NCBI GenBank assembly: GCA_963803435.1
Contig: CAWDML010000001.1
Coordinates: 2,944,001-3,008,000 of the forward strand
Direction of reading: 5' to 3'
Length of the DNA: 64,000 nucleotides
Origin: an uncultured delta proteobacterium
GTDB taxonomy: Bacteria; Myxococcota; Kuafuiibacteriia; Kuafuiibacteriales; Kuafuiibacteriaceae
A program made the translations under genes and the position numbers. The notes under the pieces were generated by a model. It was not told where the DNA came from. It searched no databases and saw nothing but the letters and a program-made list of their open reading frames with translations. Shown piece by piece: positions 1 through 10,424 of the stretch; position 1 is the stretch's first letter, and each line of letters starts with the position of its first letter.

Positions 1-8
1 TGAAACGA

Positions 9-49
9 GAAGAGCTCCCGATCGAGACCATCTCGATCAGGAGCTCTTC
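9..49. terminator. Long GC-rich hairpin, possible terminator downstream of the E1alpha gene
   Basis: gaagagctcc-c-gatcgaga / cca loop / tctcgatc-a-ggagctcttc: 19-bp stem with one mismatch, about 165 bp past the E1alpha stop. Confidence 0.5.
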
Positions 50-212
50 CGTGAGTCGTCAGGAGGGAATGGGTGTTTTCGTGTTCTGAAGAGGGCCAAT
101 CCAAGTCCCGTGCCAGACGACCGGACGTGGTCTCACCGCGGTGCCGCGGCGGCGATGGGCAATCTTCGCAGCTCCCACGCCCGCGCTCGAGCAGCCGCTG
201 CGTCTTTGGGGG

Positions 213-1358
213 CTACTCCTTGCGCTCGCGCGCACACTGGGCCAGGAGCTCCCGCCTCTGCTCCTCCAGCATCCAGGGGGTATCGGCGTAGACGTCGTCG
301 AAGAGCGTCTCGGGGCCGGGCGGCGGCCGCGACTCGGCCACGGTGATGGTCTCGACGATCATCTGGTTGAGCTCGGCCCGGGCGGCCAGCTCCGCGTCCT
401 TCGACCAGAGCTTCTGCTGGATCAGGAGCTTCTGGTAGCGCTCGAGCGGGTCGCGCTTCTTCCACTCCTCGACCTCGCGATCGTCGCGATAGACGCGGGG
501 ATCGTCCGAGCTCGAGTGGGCGCCGATCCGGTAGGTCTCCATCTCGAGGAACGACGGGCCGCCGCCGCTGCGGGCGCGCTCGGCCGCCTCCTTCACGGCA
601 CCGTAGACCGCGAGGACGTCGTTGCCGTCGATCCGCGCGTAGGGGAGCCCGTACGCGATCGCCTTCTCCGCGATGGTGCGGGCGCCGGTCTGGTTCTGGG
701 TGGGCACGCTGATCGACCAGTGGTTGTTCTGGCAGATGAGCACGACCGGCACCTGGAACACGCCCGCGAAGTTCAGCGCGCTGTGGAAGTCGTTGGAGGA
801 GGTGGCGCCGTCGCCCATGAACGCGACCGAGATGGCCGGCTCCTTGCGGATCTTGGCGGCCCAGGCCGCGCCCACGGCCTGCGGGATCTGCGTCCCGATC
901 ACGCTCGACCATGAGACGAAGCCCACCGATCGATCCGCCATGTGCGAGGGCATCTGCCGCCCCTTGAGGCTGTCGCCGCTGTTCCCGAGGATCTGGCAGA
1001 CGTACGTCTCGAGCGCGAAGCCGCGGTAGAGCATCGCAGCGCCCTCCCGCAGGCCGGGAAAGATCCAGTCGCTCGGCTCGATAGCGGCCGCAGTGCCGAT
1101 CGGCGGCGCCTCCTGTCCGGTGCACGGTCCGTAAAAGCCGATGCGCCCCTGGCGCTGCATGATCAGCATGCGCTCGTCGAGGAGGCGGACGGTGAGCATG
1201 TGGCGGTACATGCGGACCATCGTCTCGCCGTCGATCTCCGGGAGCTTACCGACGAGCTGTCCGTCGCTCCCGACGACCTGGTGGAGCTTCGGCTCGGGAT
1301 GCGCGCGCGCGTCGATCAAGATCGACGTCTTGGGCGCACCCTTCGGCGCGGCGATCAT
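213..1358 (-). CDS. pdhA: 2-oxoacid (pyruvate/branched-chain) dehydrogenase E1 alpha subunit
   Basis: QRQGRIGFY, GRQMPSH, TPP-binding GDGATS...QNN, YRIGAHSSSDDP. Substrate (pyruvate vs branched-chain) is not resolved. Confidence 0.9.
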   Translation of the reverse strand: MIAAPKGAPKTSILIDARAHPEPKLHQVVGSDGQLVGKLPEIDGETMVRMYRHMLTVRLLDERMLIMQRQGRIGFYGPCTGQEAPPIGTAAAIEPSDWIFPGLREGAAMLYRGFALETYVCQILGNSGDSLKGRQMPSHMADRSVGFVSWSSVIGTQIPQAVGAAWAAKIRKEPAISVAFMGDGATSSNDFHSALNFAGVFQVPVVLICQNNHWSISVPTQNQTGARTIAEKAIAYGLPYARIDGNDVLAVYGAVKEAAERARSGGGPSFLEMETYRIGAHSSSDDPRVYRDDREVEEWKKRDPLERYQKLLIQQKLWSKDAELAARAELNQMIVETITVAESRPPPGPETLFDDVYADTPWMLEEQRRELLAQCARERKE

Positions 1359-1359
1359 T

Positions 1360-2715
1360 TCACGCCATCTCCATCATCAGGCGATCGGGATTCTCGAGCA
1401 GCCGGATCACCGTGTACGTGAAGGCGGCTCCGACGTGGCCGTCGATCAGGCGGTGATCGAACGACAGCGAGAGGTTCATCATGTCGCGGATGACGATCTG
1501 ATCGGAGTCGTCCTTCACCATCGGTCGCCGCGAGATCTTGTGGACGCCCATGATGGCGACCTCGGGATAGTTGATGATCGGCGTGGCGAAGATCCCGCCG
1601 TCCTTGCCCAGGCTGGTGATCGTGAAGGTGGAGCCGCCCAGATCCTCCTGGGTGAGGCGGTTGTCCCGCACGGCGTCGGCGAGGCGCCCGATCTCACGCT
1701 GGAGGTCGACCAGCGATCGGCGATCGGCGTGGCGCACGACGGGCACGATCAACCCGCGCTCCGAGGCCACCGCCACCCCGATGTGGAAGTCGGCGCGCTT
1801 GATGAACTCCATGGCGTCGTCGTCGACGTGCCCGTTCATGTTGGGGAACTGCTTGAGGGCGGCGATGACGGCCTTCACGATGAAGGGGAGAAAGGTGAAC
1901 TTGAGCTCGCCCGGCTTCAGCTTCTCGTTGAAGCGCTTGCGCAGCGCGACCATCTCGGTCGCATCGCACTCCTCGACGAAGGTGAAGTGCGCGGCGGTGA
2001 ACGCGGACTGCGCCATGTTCTCCCAGATGCGACGGCGAAGGCCGCGCACCGGAATGCGCTCGTCGGTACCGACCAGCGGGCGCATCTCGATCGGCTTGTG
2101 CTCGGCGCGCGGCACGGTGGGCGTCGCGGCGGCCAGCGACGCCGGCTGCGGTCGGGCGCTCGCGCTCCGCTTCACGTCGTCGGAGGTGACCCGGCCGGCA
2201 GGTCCGGTACCGCGGACCGCGGTGAGATCCACGTTGAGCTCGCGCGCCAGACGACGTGTCGCAGGCGCAGCCAAGACCTTGCCTCCGGTCGGCGCGAGCG
2301 CGCTGCCCCCGCCGTTGTGGGTCGCTGGGCGCGGGACGGGCGGGGCCTCGGCGCGCGGAGCCGACGCGCTCGCGGCCTGCATCCCCGTCGCGCCGGAGCT
2401 GGGCGCCGTCGCCGCCGAGGGGAGCGACGCCTTCGGTGTCTCGCGGGGAGCGGCCGCCGGCGGCGGTGCAACCTGCGCGGCTTCGTCGATCACCACGAGC
2501 ACCGAGTGAACCTGAATGATGTCGCCCTCTTTGCCTCGAGTCTGCCGGACCACGCCCTTCTTCGGAGACGGGATCACGACCGTCGCCTTGTCGGTCATGA
2601 CCTCGACCATGGGCTGGTCGACGTCCACGGGATCTCCCTCTTTCACGAGCCACCTGACGATCTCACCTTCGACGACGCCCTCGCCGATGTCCGGAAGCTT
2701 GAACTCGAACGGCAT
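1360..2715 (-). CDS. Dihydrolipoamide acyltransferase (E2)
   Basis: Lipoyl domain EVMTDKA, E3-binding APATRRLARE, catalytic SFDHRLIDG. Confidence 0.95.
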   Translation of the reverse strand: MPFEFKLPDIGEGVVEGEIVRWLVKEGDPVDVDQPMVEVMTDKATVVIPSPKKGVVRQTRGKEGDIIQVHSVLVVIDEAAQVAPPPAAAPRETPKASLPSAATAPSSGATGMQAASASAPRAEAPPVPRPATHNGGGSALAPTGGKVLAAPATRRLARELNVDLTAVRGTGPAGRVTSDDVKRSASARPQPASLAAATPTVPRAEHKPIEMRPLVGTDERIPVRGLRRRIWENMAQSAFTAAHFTFVEECDATEMVALRKRFNEKLKPGELKFTFLPFIVKAVIAALKQFPNMNGHVDDDAMEFIKRADFHIGVAVASERGLIVPVVRHADRRSLVDLQREIGRLADAVRDNRLTQEDLGGSTFTITSLGKDGGIFATPIINYPEVAIMGVHKISRRPMVKDDSDQIVIRDMMNLSLSFDHRLIDGHVGAAFTYTVIRLLENPDRLMMEMA

Positions 2716-2844
2716 GATGGCGAGGAACCTAGGTTTGGGACGTGAAGAGCGTCAACCAAAACAGCGGGGGACCTCGCTGAAATGGAGGGGATGTGGGAAG
2801 GACTGGACTGGGGAGGGATTCGGTGGCCTAACGTAGGACCCGAC

Positions 2845-3087
2845 ATGCGCGTCGAACCGACGGTCACCACCGGAGAGCTGGAGCGGGCCTATTGCGCCGC
2901 ACTGGTCGAGGCCACGCTGCCCGAGATCACCCACCCTTTGTGCCCGGACGAGCTGGCCGAGCCCTCCCTGCCCCCCGACACGGTCCTGATCGAGGAGGCC
3001 ATCTACAGCCACCGCCGGCACGCGCTGCTGGCCGGCTGCGCGGTCGCCGGTCTGGTCCTCGGGGTATTTTCCGCCTTCTTCTTTTAG
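2845..3087 (+). CDS. Small hypothetical protein with C-terminal transmembrane helix
   Basis: ATG at 2845, GC-rich third positions, hydrophobic C-terminus ALLAGCAVAGLVLGVFSAFFF. Confidence 0.55.
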   Translation: MRVEPTVTTGELERAYCAALVEATLPEITHPLCPDELAEPSLPPDTVLIEEAIYSHRRHALLAGCAVAGLVLGVFSAFFF

Positions 3088-3130
3088 CAACGAAACGCCT
3101 CCGTCCGACGATAAAACGCCGGGCCCCCGT

Positions 3131-3823
3131 ATGGTTCGAATTCTCCAACTCTCCGCCGAGCTCGCCGACTCCATCTTCGAGGCGCAGTCTCGCAACCTTC
3201 AGCGGCTCACCGAGGCGACCGACGCCGAGTCGAAAGCCTTTATCGAGGCGCTCGAGGAGCTCGAGAGAAGACGGGGTTACCAGCTCGTCGACGAGGCCCT
3301 CGACGCCGCCGCCCTCGAGATCTGGATGCGCGGCGTGGTCACGCAGGCCGCCAGCGCGGGGGACGACGTCGTCCTCTCGATGCCGAGCAGCCTCCCCGCC
3401 TCGACCGCGGGAGGCCCCTCGTTCGACGCGCTCAATGCGCTGGTCTCCGCCGCGGGCGAAGAGGACGACCGCACGCGCTACCGCTATCTGCCGCACCCCG
3501 GCGACGTGGCCACCGCGCTCGATCAGGCGGGCCTCGATCCGGCGTGGTCGCAGCTGTTCCGCTCGATCGCCGAGCGCATGGAGGAGGCGGAGCACAAGTT
3601 GGGCTCGCGGCTGACCCGCGTCCAGGCCGACGCCGGACACCTGTTGCTGTCTGCGCTCAAGCAGGAGCAGCGGTTGATCCAGTCCTTCGGCACCGATCGC
3701 CTGGTGCAGCTGTTCACGGATCCGAGATCGCTGACACGGCGAGATCCGCCGCCGCAGCTGGGCCGTCGCGGTGTGCCGGAGGCGGCGTTGTTGAAGTCGA
3801 TAGCCGCGGTTCGCAACGCGTAG
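3131..3823 (+). CDS. Hypothetical protein (230 aa)
   Basis: Normal globular composition and coding-like codon usage; fills the gap between E2 and lipB; no motif recognised. Confidence 0.7.
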   Translation: MVRILQLSAELADSIFEAQSRNLQRLTEATDAESKAFIEALEELERRRGYQLVDEALDAAALEIWMRGVVTQAASAGDDVVLSMPSSLPASTAGGPSFDALNALVSAAGEEDDRTRYRYLPHPGDVATALDQAGLDPAWSQLFRSIAERMEEAEHKLGSRLTRVQADAGHLLLSALKQEQRLIQSFGTDRLVQLFTDPRSLTRRDPPPQLGRRGVPEAALLKSIAAVRNA

Positions 3824-3825
3824 CG

Positions 3826-4455
3826 CTACCCGCTCCTGAACTCCGCCTCGATCACGTCCATCACCTCTGCGATCGGGACCTCGCGGCCGAGCTCCTGGGA
3901 CAGCGACGTCACCGAGCGATCGCGGATCCCGCAGGGCACGATCAAGCTGAACGCGTCGAGCGCGCTCGACACGTTGAACGCGAACCCGTGCGACGTGACC
4001 CAGCGCGAGATCCGAACGCCGATCGCGCCGATCTTCCGCCGCCCCGCGATCCAGGTCCCGATCATCCCCTCCACGCGACCGGCCTCGATCCCGTAGCGCG
4101 CGCAGGTCCGGATCATCACCTCCTCGAGGCTCTTCACGTACTTGCGCACGTCCTTTCGGTCCGGGCTCAGGTCCACGATCGGATAGCCGACGATCTGTCC
4201 CGGCCCGTGGTAGGTGACGTCGCCGCCCCGGCCGGTCTCGATGACCTCGATGCCGCGGCGCTCCAGCTCGGCGGCGCCGGCCAGGATGTTCTCCCGCTTG
4301 GCGCGCCGCCCCAGCGTCAGCACCGGCTCGTGCTCGAGGAGGTAGAGGGTGTCGGGGACGAGAGCGGCCATGCGGTCGGCGACCCGCGCTTCCATCAGCT
4401 CGAGGCCGTCGCGGTAGCGGACGCGCCCCAGGCGCACGACCTCGAGCCGGCTCAC
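3826..4455 (-). CDS. lipB: Lipoyl(octanoyl) transferase LipB
   Basis: LLEHEPVLTLG, RGGDVTYHGPGQIVGYP, KIGAIG, HGFAFNV, IVPCG; GTG start overlaps the lpdA stop (GTGA). Confidence 0.95.
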   Translation of the reverse strand: MSRLEVVRLGRVRYRDGLELMEARVADRMAALVPDTLYLLEHEPVLTLGRRAKRENILAGAAELERRGIEVIETGRGGDVTYHGPGQIVGYPIVDLSPDRKDVRKYVKSLEEVMIRTCARYGIEAGRVEGMIGTWIAGRRKIGAIGVRISRWVTSHGFAFNVSSALDAFSLIVPCGIRDRSVTSLSQELGREVPIAEVMDVIEAEFRSG

Positions 4456-5894
4456 GCGTTCTTGGAGACCGCGTGCCGCTCGCCGGCGGGACGGCGGTTG
4501 ATGATGTGGACCGCCTCGCCCCGGGCGGCCTTGGCGGCCTCCATGATCCCCTCCGACAGCGTCGGATGGACGTGGACCGTCAGGGCCAGGTCCTCCGCGA
4601 GCGCGCCCATCTCGAGGGCGAGGCAGCACTCGGCGATCAGATCGCAGGCGTTGCCGGCCGCGACGCCGACGCCCAGGATGACGTCGGACTTGGCGTCGAC
4701 GACCACCTTCACCACGCCTTCGGTCTGGTTCATGGCGGCGGCGCGGCCGAGCGCGCTGATCGGGAACAGGCCGGTGCGCACCTCGTAGCCCTTCGCCTTG
4801 GCCTCGGCTTCCATCAGGCCGGCGAACGCGATCTCGGGATCGGTGAAGACGCCGCCGGGCATGGCCACGGCGTCGTATGCGGCCGGCTTCCCGGCGATCA
4901 CGTCGGTGGCGACCTCGGCCATGTACGAGGCACGGTGGGCGAGCAGCGGCGGTCCGGTGAGATCGCCGATGGCGTAGATGTTGGGGACGTTGGTACGGCA
5001 GTGGGCGTCGACCTTGACCCAGCCGCGCTCGTCGAGCTCGACGCCGGCCTTCTCCAGGCCGAGGCCGCTCGTGTTGGGCTTGAAGCCGACCGAGACCAGG
5101 ATCTTGTCGGCGGCGATCTTCTTGGTCTCGCCTTTGATCTCGACCTCGACCTCGACGCCGCCGGAGACCTTCTTCCAGCCCTTGGCCTTGGCCTCGGTGA
5201 AGACCTCGACGCCGATGTTCTTCATCGACTTGGTCACCGGACGCAGCAGGTCCTTGTCGGTGCCAGGCAGGATCTGCGGCATCATCTCGACGATCGTGAC
5301 CTTGGAGCCCAGCTTGGCGTAAGCGGTGCCGAGCTCGCAGCCGATCACGCCGCCGCCGATGATCACGAGGCGCTTCGGGATCGGATCGTACGCGACGGCG
5401 TGGCGCGCATAGCCGACCAGGTCGTCGTCGTACTTGAAGCCGGGGATCTCGATGACGGTGGCGCCGGTGGCGAGCACCAGCTGATCGACCGTGAGCTCCC
5501 TGGGCTTGCCGTTGCCGCCCGAGACGCTGAGCGTGTTCGGCCCGGTGATCAGCGCCGTGCCGGTGAGGTGATCGCAGTTGTTGGCCTTGAGCAGGCTGGC
5601 GATGCCCTTGCGCTGCTTGTCGATGATCCCGTTCTTCCAGACCTGGAGGTCCTTCGAGCTGACCTCCGGGATCCCGCCGGTGAACACCTTCCCGAAGTGC
5701 TGCACCTCGCTGCGCACGTTGGCGGCGTGGATGATCGCCTTGCTGGGGATGCAGCCCCAGTTGAGGCAGACGCCCCCGAGATGCTCGCGCTCGATGACGA
5801 CGGCCTTCTTGCCGTGCTGCCCGAGACGAATGCCGGCGACGTATCCGCCCGGCCCTCCACCGATCACTGCGACTTCGTAGCGCTCGCTCGCCAT
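4452..5894 (-). CDS. lpdA: Dihydrolipoyl dehydrogenase (E3)
   Basis: GGGPGGY FAD site, GGVCLNWGCIPSK redox disulfide, GGGVIGCE, HVHPTLSE. Confidence 0.97.
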   Translation of the reverse strand: MASERYEVAVIGGGPGGYVAGIRLGQHGKKAVVIEREHLGGVCLNWGCIPSKAIIHAANVRSEVQHFGKVFTGGIPEVSSKDLQVWKNGIIDKQRKGIASLLKANNCDHLTGTALITGPNTLSVSGGNGKPRELTVDQLVLATGATVIEIPGFKYDDDLVGYARHAVAYDPIPKRLVIIGGGVIGCELGTAYAKLGSKVTIVEMMPQILPGTDKDLLRPVTKSMKNIGVEVFTEAKAKGWKKVSGGVEVEVEIKGETKKIAADKILVSVGFKPNTSGLGLEKAGVELDERGWVKVDAHCRTNVPNIYAIGDLTGPPLLAHRASYMAEVATDVIAGKPAAYDAVAMPGGVFTDPEIAFAGLMEAEAKAKGYEVRTGLFPISALGRAAAMNQTEGVVKVVVDAKSDVILGVGVAAGNACDLIAECCLALEMGALAEDLALTVHVHPTLSEGIMEAAKAARGEAVHIINRRPAGERHAVSKNA

Positions 5895-5911
5895 GCGCTG
5901 GGCCTAGCCCA

Positions 5912-7198
5912 TCACCGGACCAATTCCAACAGGAACTCTGCGTTGCGACGCGACGCCCCGCGCGCCTTCTTCACCGCCTCCCGCGCCATCGCACCCAAGT
6001 GCTCGATTTCCTCGGGTCGGGAGAGCAGCTCCTTGCCGACCTTCTCCAGCTGGTCGGGCGTCGCCACCTGGATGCCGCCGCGTCCGAGCAGCACTTCCAC
6101 CGAGTCGCGAAAGTTCATCATGTGCGGCCCGAAGAGCACCGGCCGCCCCTGGCCGGCAGGCTCCAGGATGTTCTGGCCCCCGCGCGACACGAAGCTGCCG
6201 CCGACGAACACCAGCGTGGCGAGACCGTACGCGGTGGTCAGCTCGCCCATGGTGTCGAGCACGATCACCTCCGACGCCTGCACCTCGCGGGGGTGGAGGT
6301 CGGCCTGGCTGCGGAGTGCGGCGGTGAAGCCCTCGTGCTCGGCCAGGTGCTGGATCTTGGCGGCGCGCTCGACGTAGCGAGGCGCGATCATCAGGCGCAC
6401 CGAAGCGTCGGCGCTCTGCATGCCGCGGAAGGCCCGGAGGATCGCCCGCTCCTCGCCCTCGTGGGTGGAGCCGGCCACCAGCCAGCGGGTCCGGTCGGCC
6501 CCGACGAGCCCGCGGAGCGCTTCGATGCGCCCGGCGTCGGGGAGCTTCCCCAGGTTGTCGAACTTGGTGTTGCCGGTGACCTTCACGTGCGACTTGGGAG
6601 CGCCCAGCGAGAGCGCTCGCTCGGCCTCCCGCTCCTCGCGCATCAGGAGCAGATCGATCTTGGCGAGCTGGTTGCCGAACAGCGCGTGCAGCAGCCGGTA
6701 GCGCTTCACCAGCGATTCGCTCAACCGGCCGTTGGTGAGGGCCACCTTGGCGCCGGTCCGTTTGACGGCGTGGATCAGGTTCGGCCAGAGCTCGGCGTAC
6801 TCGAGCACCAGGAGATCGGGGCGGATGGCGCGGGCCGCCCGGGCGGTGGCGCCGGGGAGGTCGTAAGGCACGAACACGACCGCGTCGACCAGCGGCGCGA
6901 TCCTGTCCCGGCCGATGGCGAACCCGGAGTTCGTCATGGTGGAGACAATCAGGGTGGCGCCATCGCCGATGATCCGCCGCAGCTCCTGGATGATCGGCAT
7001 CAGCGCCAGCAGATCGCCCGCGGAGGCACCGTGGAGCCAGATGCGCTTCTTGGCCGGATCGCGGGGCGGGAGCTCGCCGTCCCGGTAGAAGCCGAAGCGC
7101 TGGCGGATCCCGTCGCGCAGCTTGGGATGGAGCCAGAGCAGCGGCATGAGCGTGCCGAAGAGGAGCCAGCTCGCGAGCTGATAGATCAGGTGGCGCAC
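5912..7198 (-). CDS. waaA: 3-deoxy-D-manno-octulosonic acid (Kdo) transferase
   Basis: IWLHGASAGD, ELWPNL, TGNTKFD, AGSTHEGEE, GGQNILEPA; GTG start at 7198 overlaps the msbA end. Confidence 0.92.
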   Translation of the reverse strand: MRHLIYQLASWLLFGTLMPLLWLHPKLRDGIRQRFGFYRDGELPPRDPAKKRIWLHGASAGDLLALMPIIQELRRIIGDGATLIVSTMTNSGFAIGRDRIAPLVDAVVFVPYDLPGATARAARAIRPDLLVLEYAELWPNLIHAVKRTGAKVALTNGRLSESLVKRYRLLHALFGNQLAKIDLLLMREEREAERALSLGAPKSHVKVTGNTKFDNLGKLPDAGRIEALRGLVGADRTRWLVAGSTHEGEERAILRAFRGMQSADASVRLMIAPRYVERAAKIQHLAEHEGFTAALRSQADLHPREVQASEVIVLDTMGELTTAYGLATLVFVGGSFVSRGGQNILEPAGQGRPVLFGPHMMNFRDSVEVLLGRGGIQVATPDQLEKVGKELLSRPEEIEHLGAMAREAVKKARGASRRNAEFLLELVR

Positions 7199-9000
7199 AC
7201 CCCGACCTCGTCCGCCTGCACCAGGCGATGGTACGCGCCTCGGCGGCTCACCAGCGCGTCGTGCGTACCGCGCTCGACCACGCGGCCGCGCTGGAGCACC
7301 ACGATCTCGTCGGCGCGCCGGATGGTGGAGAGCCGGTGCGCGATCACCAGCGCAGTCCGGTTCTCGAGCAGGGCGTCGAGCGCGGCCTGGACCACGCGCT
7401 CGCTCTCGGTGTCGAGCGCGGAGGTGGCCTCGTCGAGGATCAGGATGGGAGCATTGCGGAGGAAGGCCCGCGCGATGGCGATGCGCTGGCGCTGCCCGCC
7501 GGAGAGCTGAGTGCCGCGCTCTCCGCACAGCGCTTGGTAGCCGCCCTCGATCGCAGTGATGAAGTCGTGGGCGAAGGCCTGACGGGCGGCGTGGACGATC
7601 TCCTCGTCGGTGGCGTCGGGGCGGCCGTAGGCGATGTTGGCGCGGATGGAGTCGTTGAAGAGGTAGGTCTCCTGCGCCACCATCGCGATCATGCCGCGCA
7701 AGCTCTCGAGCGTGACGTCGCGGATATCCACACCGTCGAGGGTGATGCGCCCGGCGTCCACGTCGTAGAGGCGCGGCAGGAGCTTGGCCACCGTGGACTT
7801 GCCGCCGCCCGAGGCGCCGACCAGCGCCACGATCTTGCCCCGCGGCAGGTCGAGGTCGAGCTCGCTGAGGGCCGGCTCGAGATCGTCGCGATAGCGGAAG
7901 GTGACGCGCTCGAAGCGGATCGACTCGGGGGCGCCGTCGAAGGGCCGCGCACCGGGGCGGTCGGTGATCTCGGGCGGTCGATCGATGATCTCGAAGACCC
8001 GCTCCGCGGAGGCCAGCCCGGGGATCATGATTCCGTTGAGCCGGCCGAGCGACTTGATGGGCTCGTACAGGAGCACCAGCGCCACCAGGAAGCCGAGTAC
8101 CTCGCCCGGGCGCAGGCTGCCCTGCTCCACCGCGCCGATGGCGTACCCGAGCGTGAGCAGCAGCGCCGCCACGCCGACCAGCTCCATCAGCGGCGTCTGG
8201 ACGGCGCGCACCAGGACGCTCTTCATCATGATGCGGACGTAGCCGTCGCTCTCCCGGCCGAAACGGTCGCTCTCGTGGGCCTCGCGCCCGTAGGTCTGGA
8301 CCACCGCGATGCCACCGAGGGTCTCGGTGATGCGGTTGGTGAGCCCGCCCAGCGCCTGCTGGCCGCGCTTGGCGTAGCGCTTCAGCATCTTGCCGAACTG
8401 GACCACCGGGACGATGGTCAGCGGCACCACCACCAGCGAGATCACCGACAGCCTGGGATACTGGGCCAGGCACACCACACCCAGCGAGAGCACGCGCAGG
8501 GCGTCGCCGATCATCACCGGGATCGCGTAGGTGGCGGCGCGCTCGACCTGCGTGACGTCGTTGACCAGGCGCGAGACCAGGTAGCCGGTGGCTTGATCGC
8601 CCATGAACCGCGGGCCCTGCACGATCACGCGATCGAAGAGATCCTGTCGGAGGTCGCGCACCACCCGCTGCGCGATCGAGCCCATGGCGTAGAAGCGGAT
8701 CGCCTGCGAGATCGCTTTGACCGTCACCACGGCGCCGAAGATCAGGAGGATGTTCGCCTCGAGGGCGCCGCGCAGGTGCGAGGTATCGAGCTCGATGCCG
8801 ACGTTGCGGAGGGAGTCGGCCAGACGATCGACCGGCGATGAGGGCCCCGCGCCGGAGCCGATCAGCTTGGTGGTGAGGACGTCGAGGAGGCCGGGATACA
8901 TCGCCGTGGTGACGGCGAGGGTCACCATCGAGAGCAACGCCACCACCAGCTGGCCTTTGTAGGGCGCGAGGTAGCCGAGCAAGCGGCGCCAGGTGCTCAC
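7186..9000 (-). CDS. msbA: Lipid A export ABC transporter MsbA-like
   Basis: TM domain plus Walker A GASGGGKST, LSGGQRQR, ILDEATSALD; adjacent to waaA. Confidence 0.88.
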   Translation of the reverse strand: MSTWRRLLGYLAPYKGQLVVALLSMVTLAVTTAMYPGLLDVLTTKLIGSGAGPSSPVDRLADSLRNVGIELDTSHLRGALEANILLIFGAVVTVKAISQAIRFYAMGSIAQRVVRDLRQDLFDRVIVQGPRFMGDQATGYLVSRLVNDVTQVERAATYAIPVMIGDALRVLSLGVVCLAQYPRLSVISLVVVPLTIVPVVQFGKMLKRYAKRGQQALGGLTNRITETLGGIAVVQTYGREAHESDRFGRESDGYVRIMMKSVLVRAVQTPLMELVGVAALLLTLGYAIGAVEQGSLRPGEVLGFLVALVLLYEPIKSLGRLNGIMIPGLASAERVFEIIDRPPEITDRPGARPFDGAPESIRFERVTFRYRDDLEPALSELDLDLPRGKIVALVGASGGGKSTVAKLLPRLYDVDAGRITLDGVDIRDVTLESLRGMIAMVAQETYLFNDSIRANIAYGRPDATDEEIVHAARQAFAHDFITAIEGGYQALCGERGTQLSGGQRQRIAIARAFLRNAPILILDEATSALDTESERVVQAALDALLENRTALVIAHRLSTIRRADEIVVLQRGRVVERGTHDALVSRRGAYHRLVQADEVGVCAT

Positions 9001-10415
9001 GGGCAGGCTCCACGATCTGCCCGAATGCGGATCGGCGTCACGAAGTACGTGTCGAGGAAGCGGCCGGCGCGGCGGCGCTCGACCGGGCGGGCCGGGCCCA
9101 GCGGATCGGCGGCCAGCTCCGGCGGTACGCCCTCGAACGGCAGCACCAGCACGGCGGGCTCACCGCGGCAGAGCGGTGGGTGCGGCCAGCGATCGTACTG
9201 GCTCCGGCGCGATGTCCCGAGCTCGTGCACTGTCAACTCGTCTTGCAAATGGTAGCGCAGCTCGCTGGCGATCTGATACCGCCGCGCGATCACGGTATGG
9301 GCGCCGATCCGCGCCGCGGTGTCGCGCGCGGCCGCCGCCACCTCCGCGAAGCCCGCCGAGCGGAGCGTCCGATCCTTCGCCGGCGGGAAGGGGAGGAACG
9401 GGTAGAGCACGTGGAGGAGCGCGACCATCATCAGCACGGCCGTGATCCGGGCGGTCGCGCGCACCGCGCGGAGCAGGCGGCCGCCCCGCCGCACAACGAA
9501 CCCGACCAGGGCGGGAAGCGCAAACACCATCGCCGGCATGGGCCAGTTCGCCTCTCCGGTGCCGAACCACACGGCGGCGACGCAGGCCAGGATCAGCGCG
9601 CCCGCCCCCCCCGCCAGCACGCGCTCGACCGGCTGGAGCCGCACGAACGGGAGCACCAGCAAGCCCAGCGCGGTGGCCGGACCCAGCGTCCCCAGCATCG
9701 CGCCGACGGTCAGGGGGATCGCGAGCGGCCCCCGAGGCGCCGAGGTGATCACGCGATCGAGCTGGAAGACGGTGGAGGGATCGGAGAGCAGCCAGGGCAC
9801 CAGCAGGAGCGACCCCAGCGCCACCCCCAGCCAGGGCGCGGGCCGGCGCGCCGCCGGGAGCGCGAACGCAAAGGGGAGCGCGCCCAGCGCCAGGAAGCCA
9901 GTGGTGTGCTTGATCAGCACGCCCGCCGAGAGCGCGAAGCCGGCGAGGAACGCCGGGAGAGGGCCCTGTCCGAGCGGGCCCCCGGCTCTCACCACCAGGT
10001 ACGCGGCCAACGCCACCGCGGCGCCCTGGAGCGGATCGGGCGTCGCCGGCAGGTACCCCAGCACGAACATGGGCGCACCCAGGAGCGAGAAGACGGCGAG
10101 CTCTCGCGCGATCACCCGGTGCTCCGGCGACACCAGCCGCTGCACCGACGCCACCGAGCACAGCACCACGATCGCCGACGACCCGAGCGCCACCGATCGC
10201 ACCCCGAGGATGCCGTCGCCGAAGAGCGCGGTCGCGACCCGGAGCACCCACGCGATCCCCGGCGGGTGATCGTAGTACGACCACGCGAGCGATCTCGACC
10301 ACGCCCAGTAGTACGTCTCGTCGAAGTCCGGCGGGAGCGCCGCGGCGGCCAGCAGGATCAGGATCGCCGTGACGGCGAGCTGCACCTTGGCGTTCGTCGC
10401 GGGCGCGGCGGCCAC
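8997..10415 (-). CDS. Glycosyltransferase family 39 (ArnT/PMT-like) membrane protein
   Basis: DETYYWAWS...YYDHPP signature, many TM helices. Confidence 0.85.
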   Translation of the reverse strand: MAAAPATNAKVQLAVTAILILLAAAALPPDFDETYYWAWSRSLAWSYYDHPPGIAWVLRVATALFGDGILGVRSVALGSSAIVVLCSVASVQRLVSPEHRVIARELAVFSLLGAPMFVLGYLPATPDPLQGAAVALAAYLVVRAGGPLGQGPLPAFLAGFALSAGVLIKHTTGFLALGALPFAFALPAARRPAPWLGVALGSLLLVPWLLSDPSTVFQLDRVITSAPRGPLAIPLTVGAMLGTLGPATALGLLVLPFVRLQPVERVLAGGAGALILACVAAVWFGTGEANWPMPAMVFALPALVGFVVRRGGRLLRAVRATARITAVLMMVALLHVLYPFLPFPPAKDRTLRSAGFAEVAAAARDTAARIGAHTVIARRYQIASELRYHLQDELTVHELGTSRRSQYDRWPHPPLCRGEPAVLVLPFEGVPPELAADPLGPARPVERRRAGRFLDTYFVTPIRIRADRGACP

Positions 10416-10424
10416 GGCGCGCGC

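Noticed and set aside
5912-9013. 1033-aa ORF suggesting a giant WaaA fusion
   Set aside because: The upstream 605 codons are an Arg/Pro/Gly-rich off-frame shadow of msbA; WaaA homology starts at about 7198
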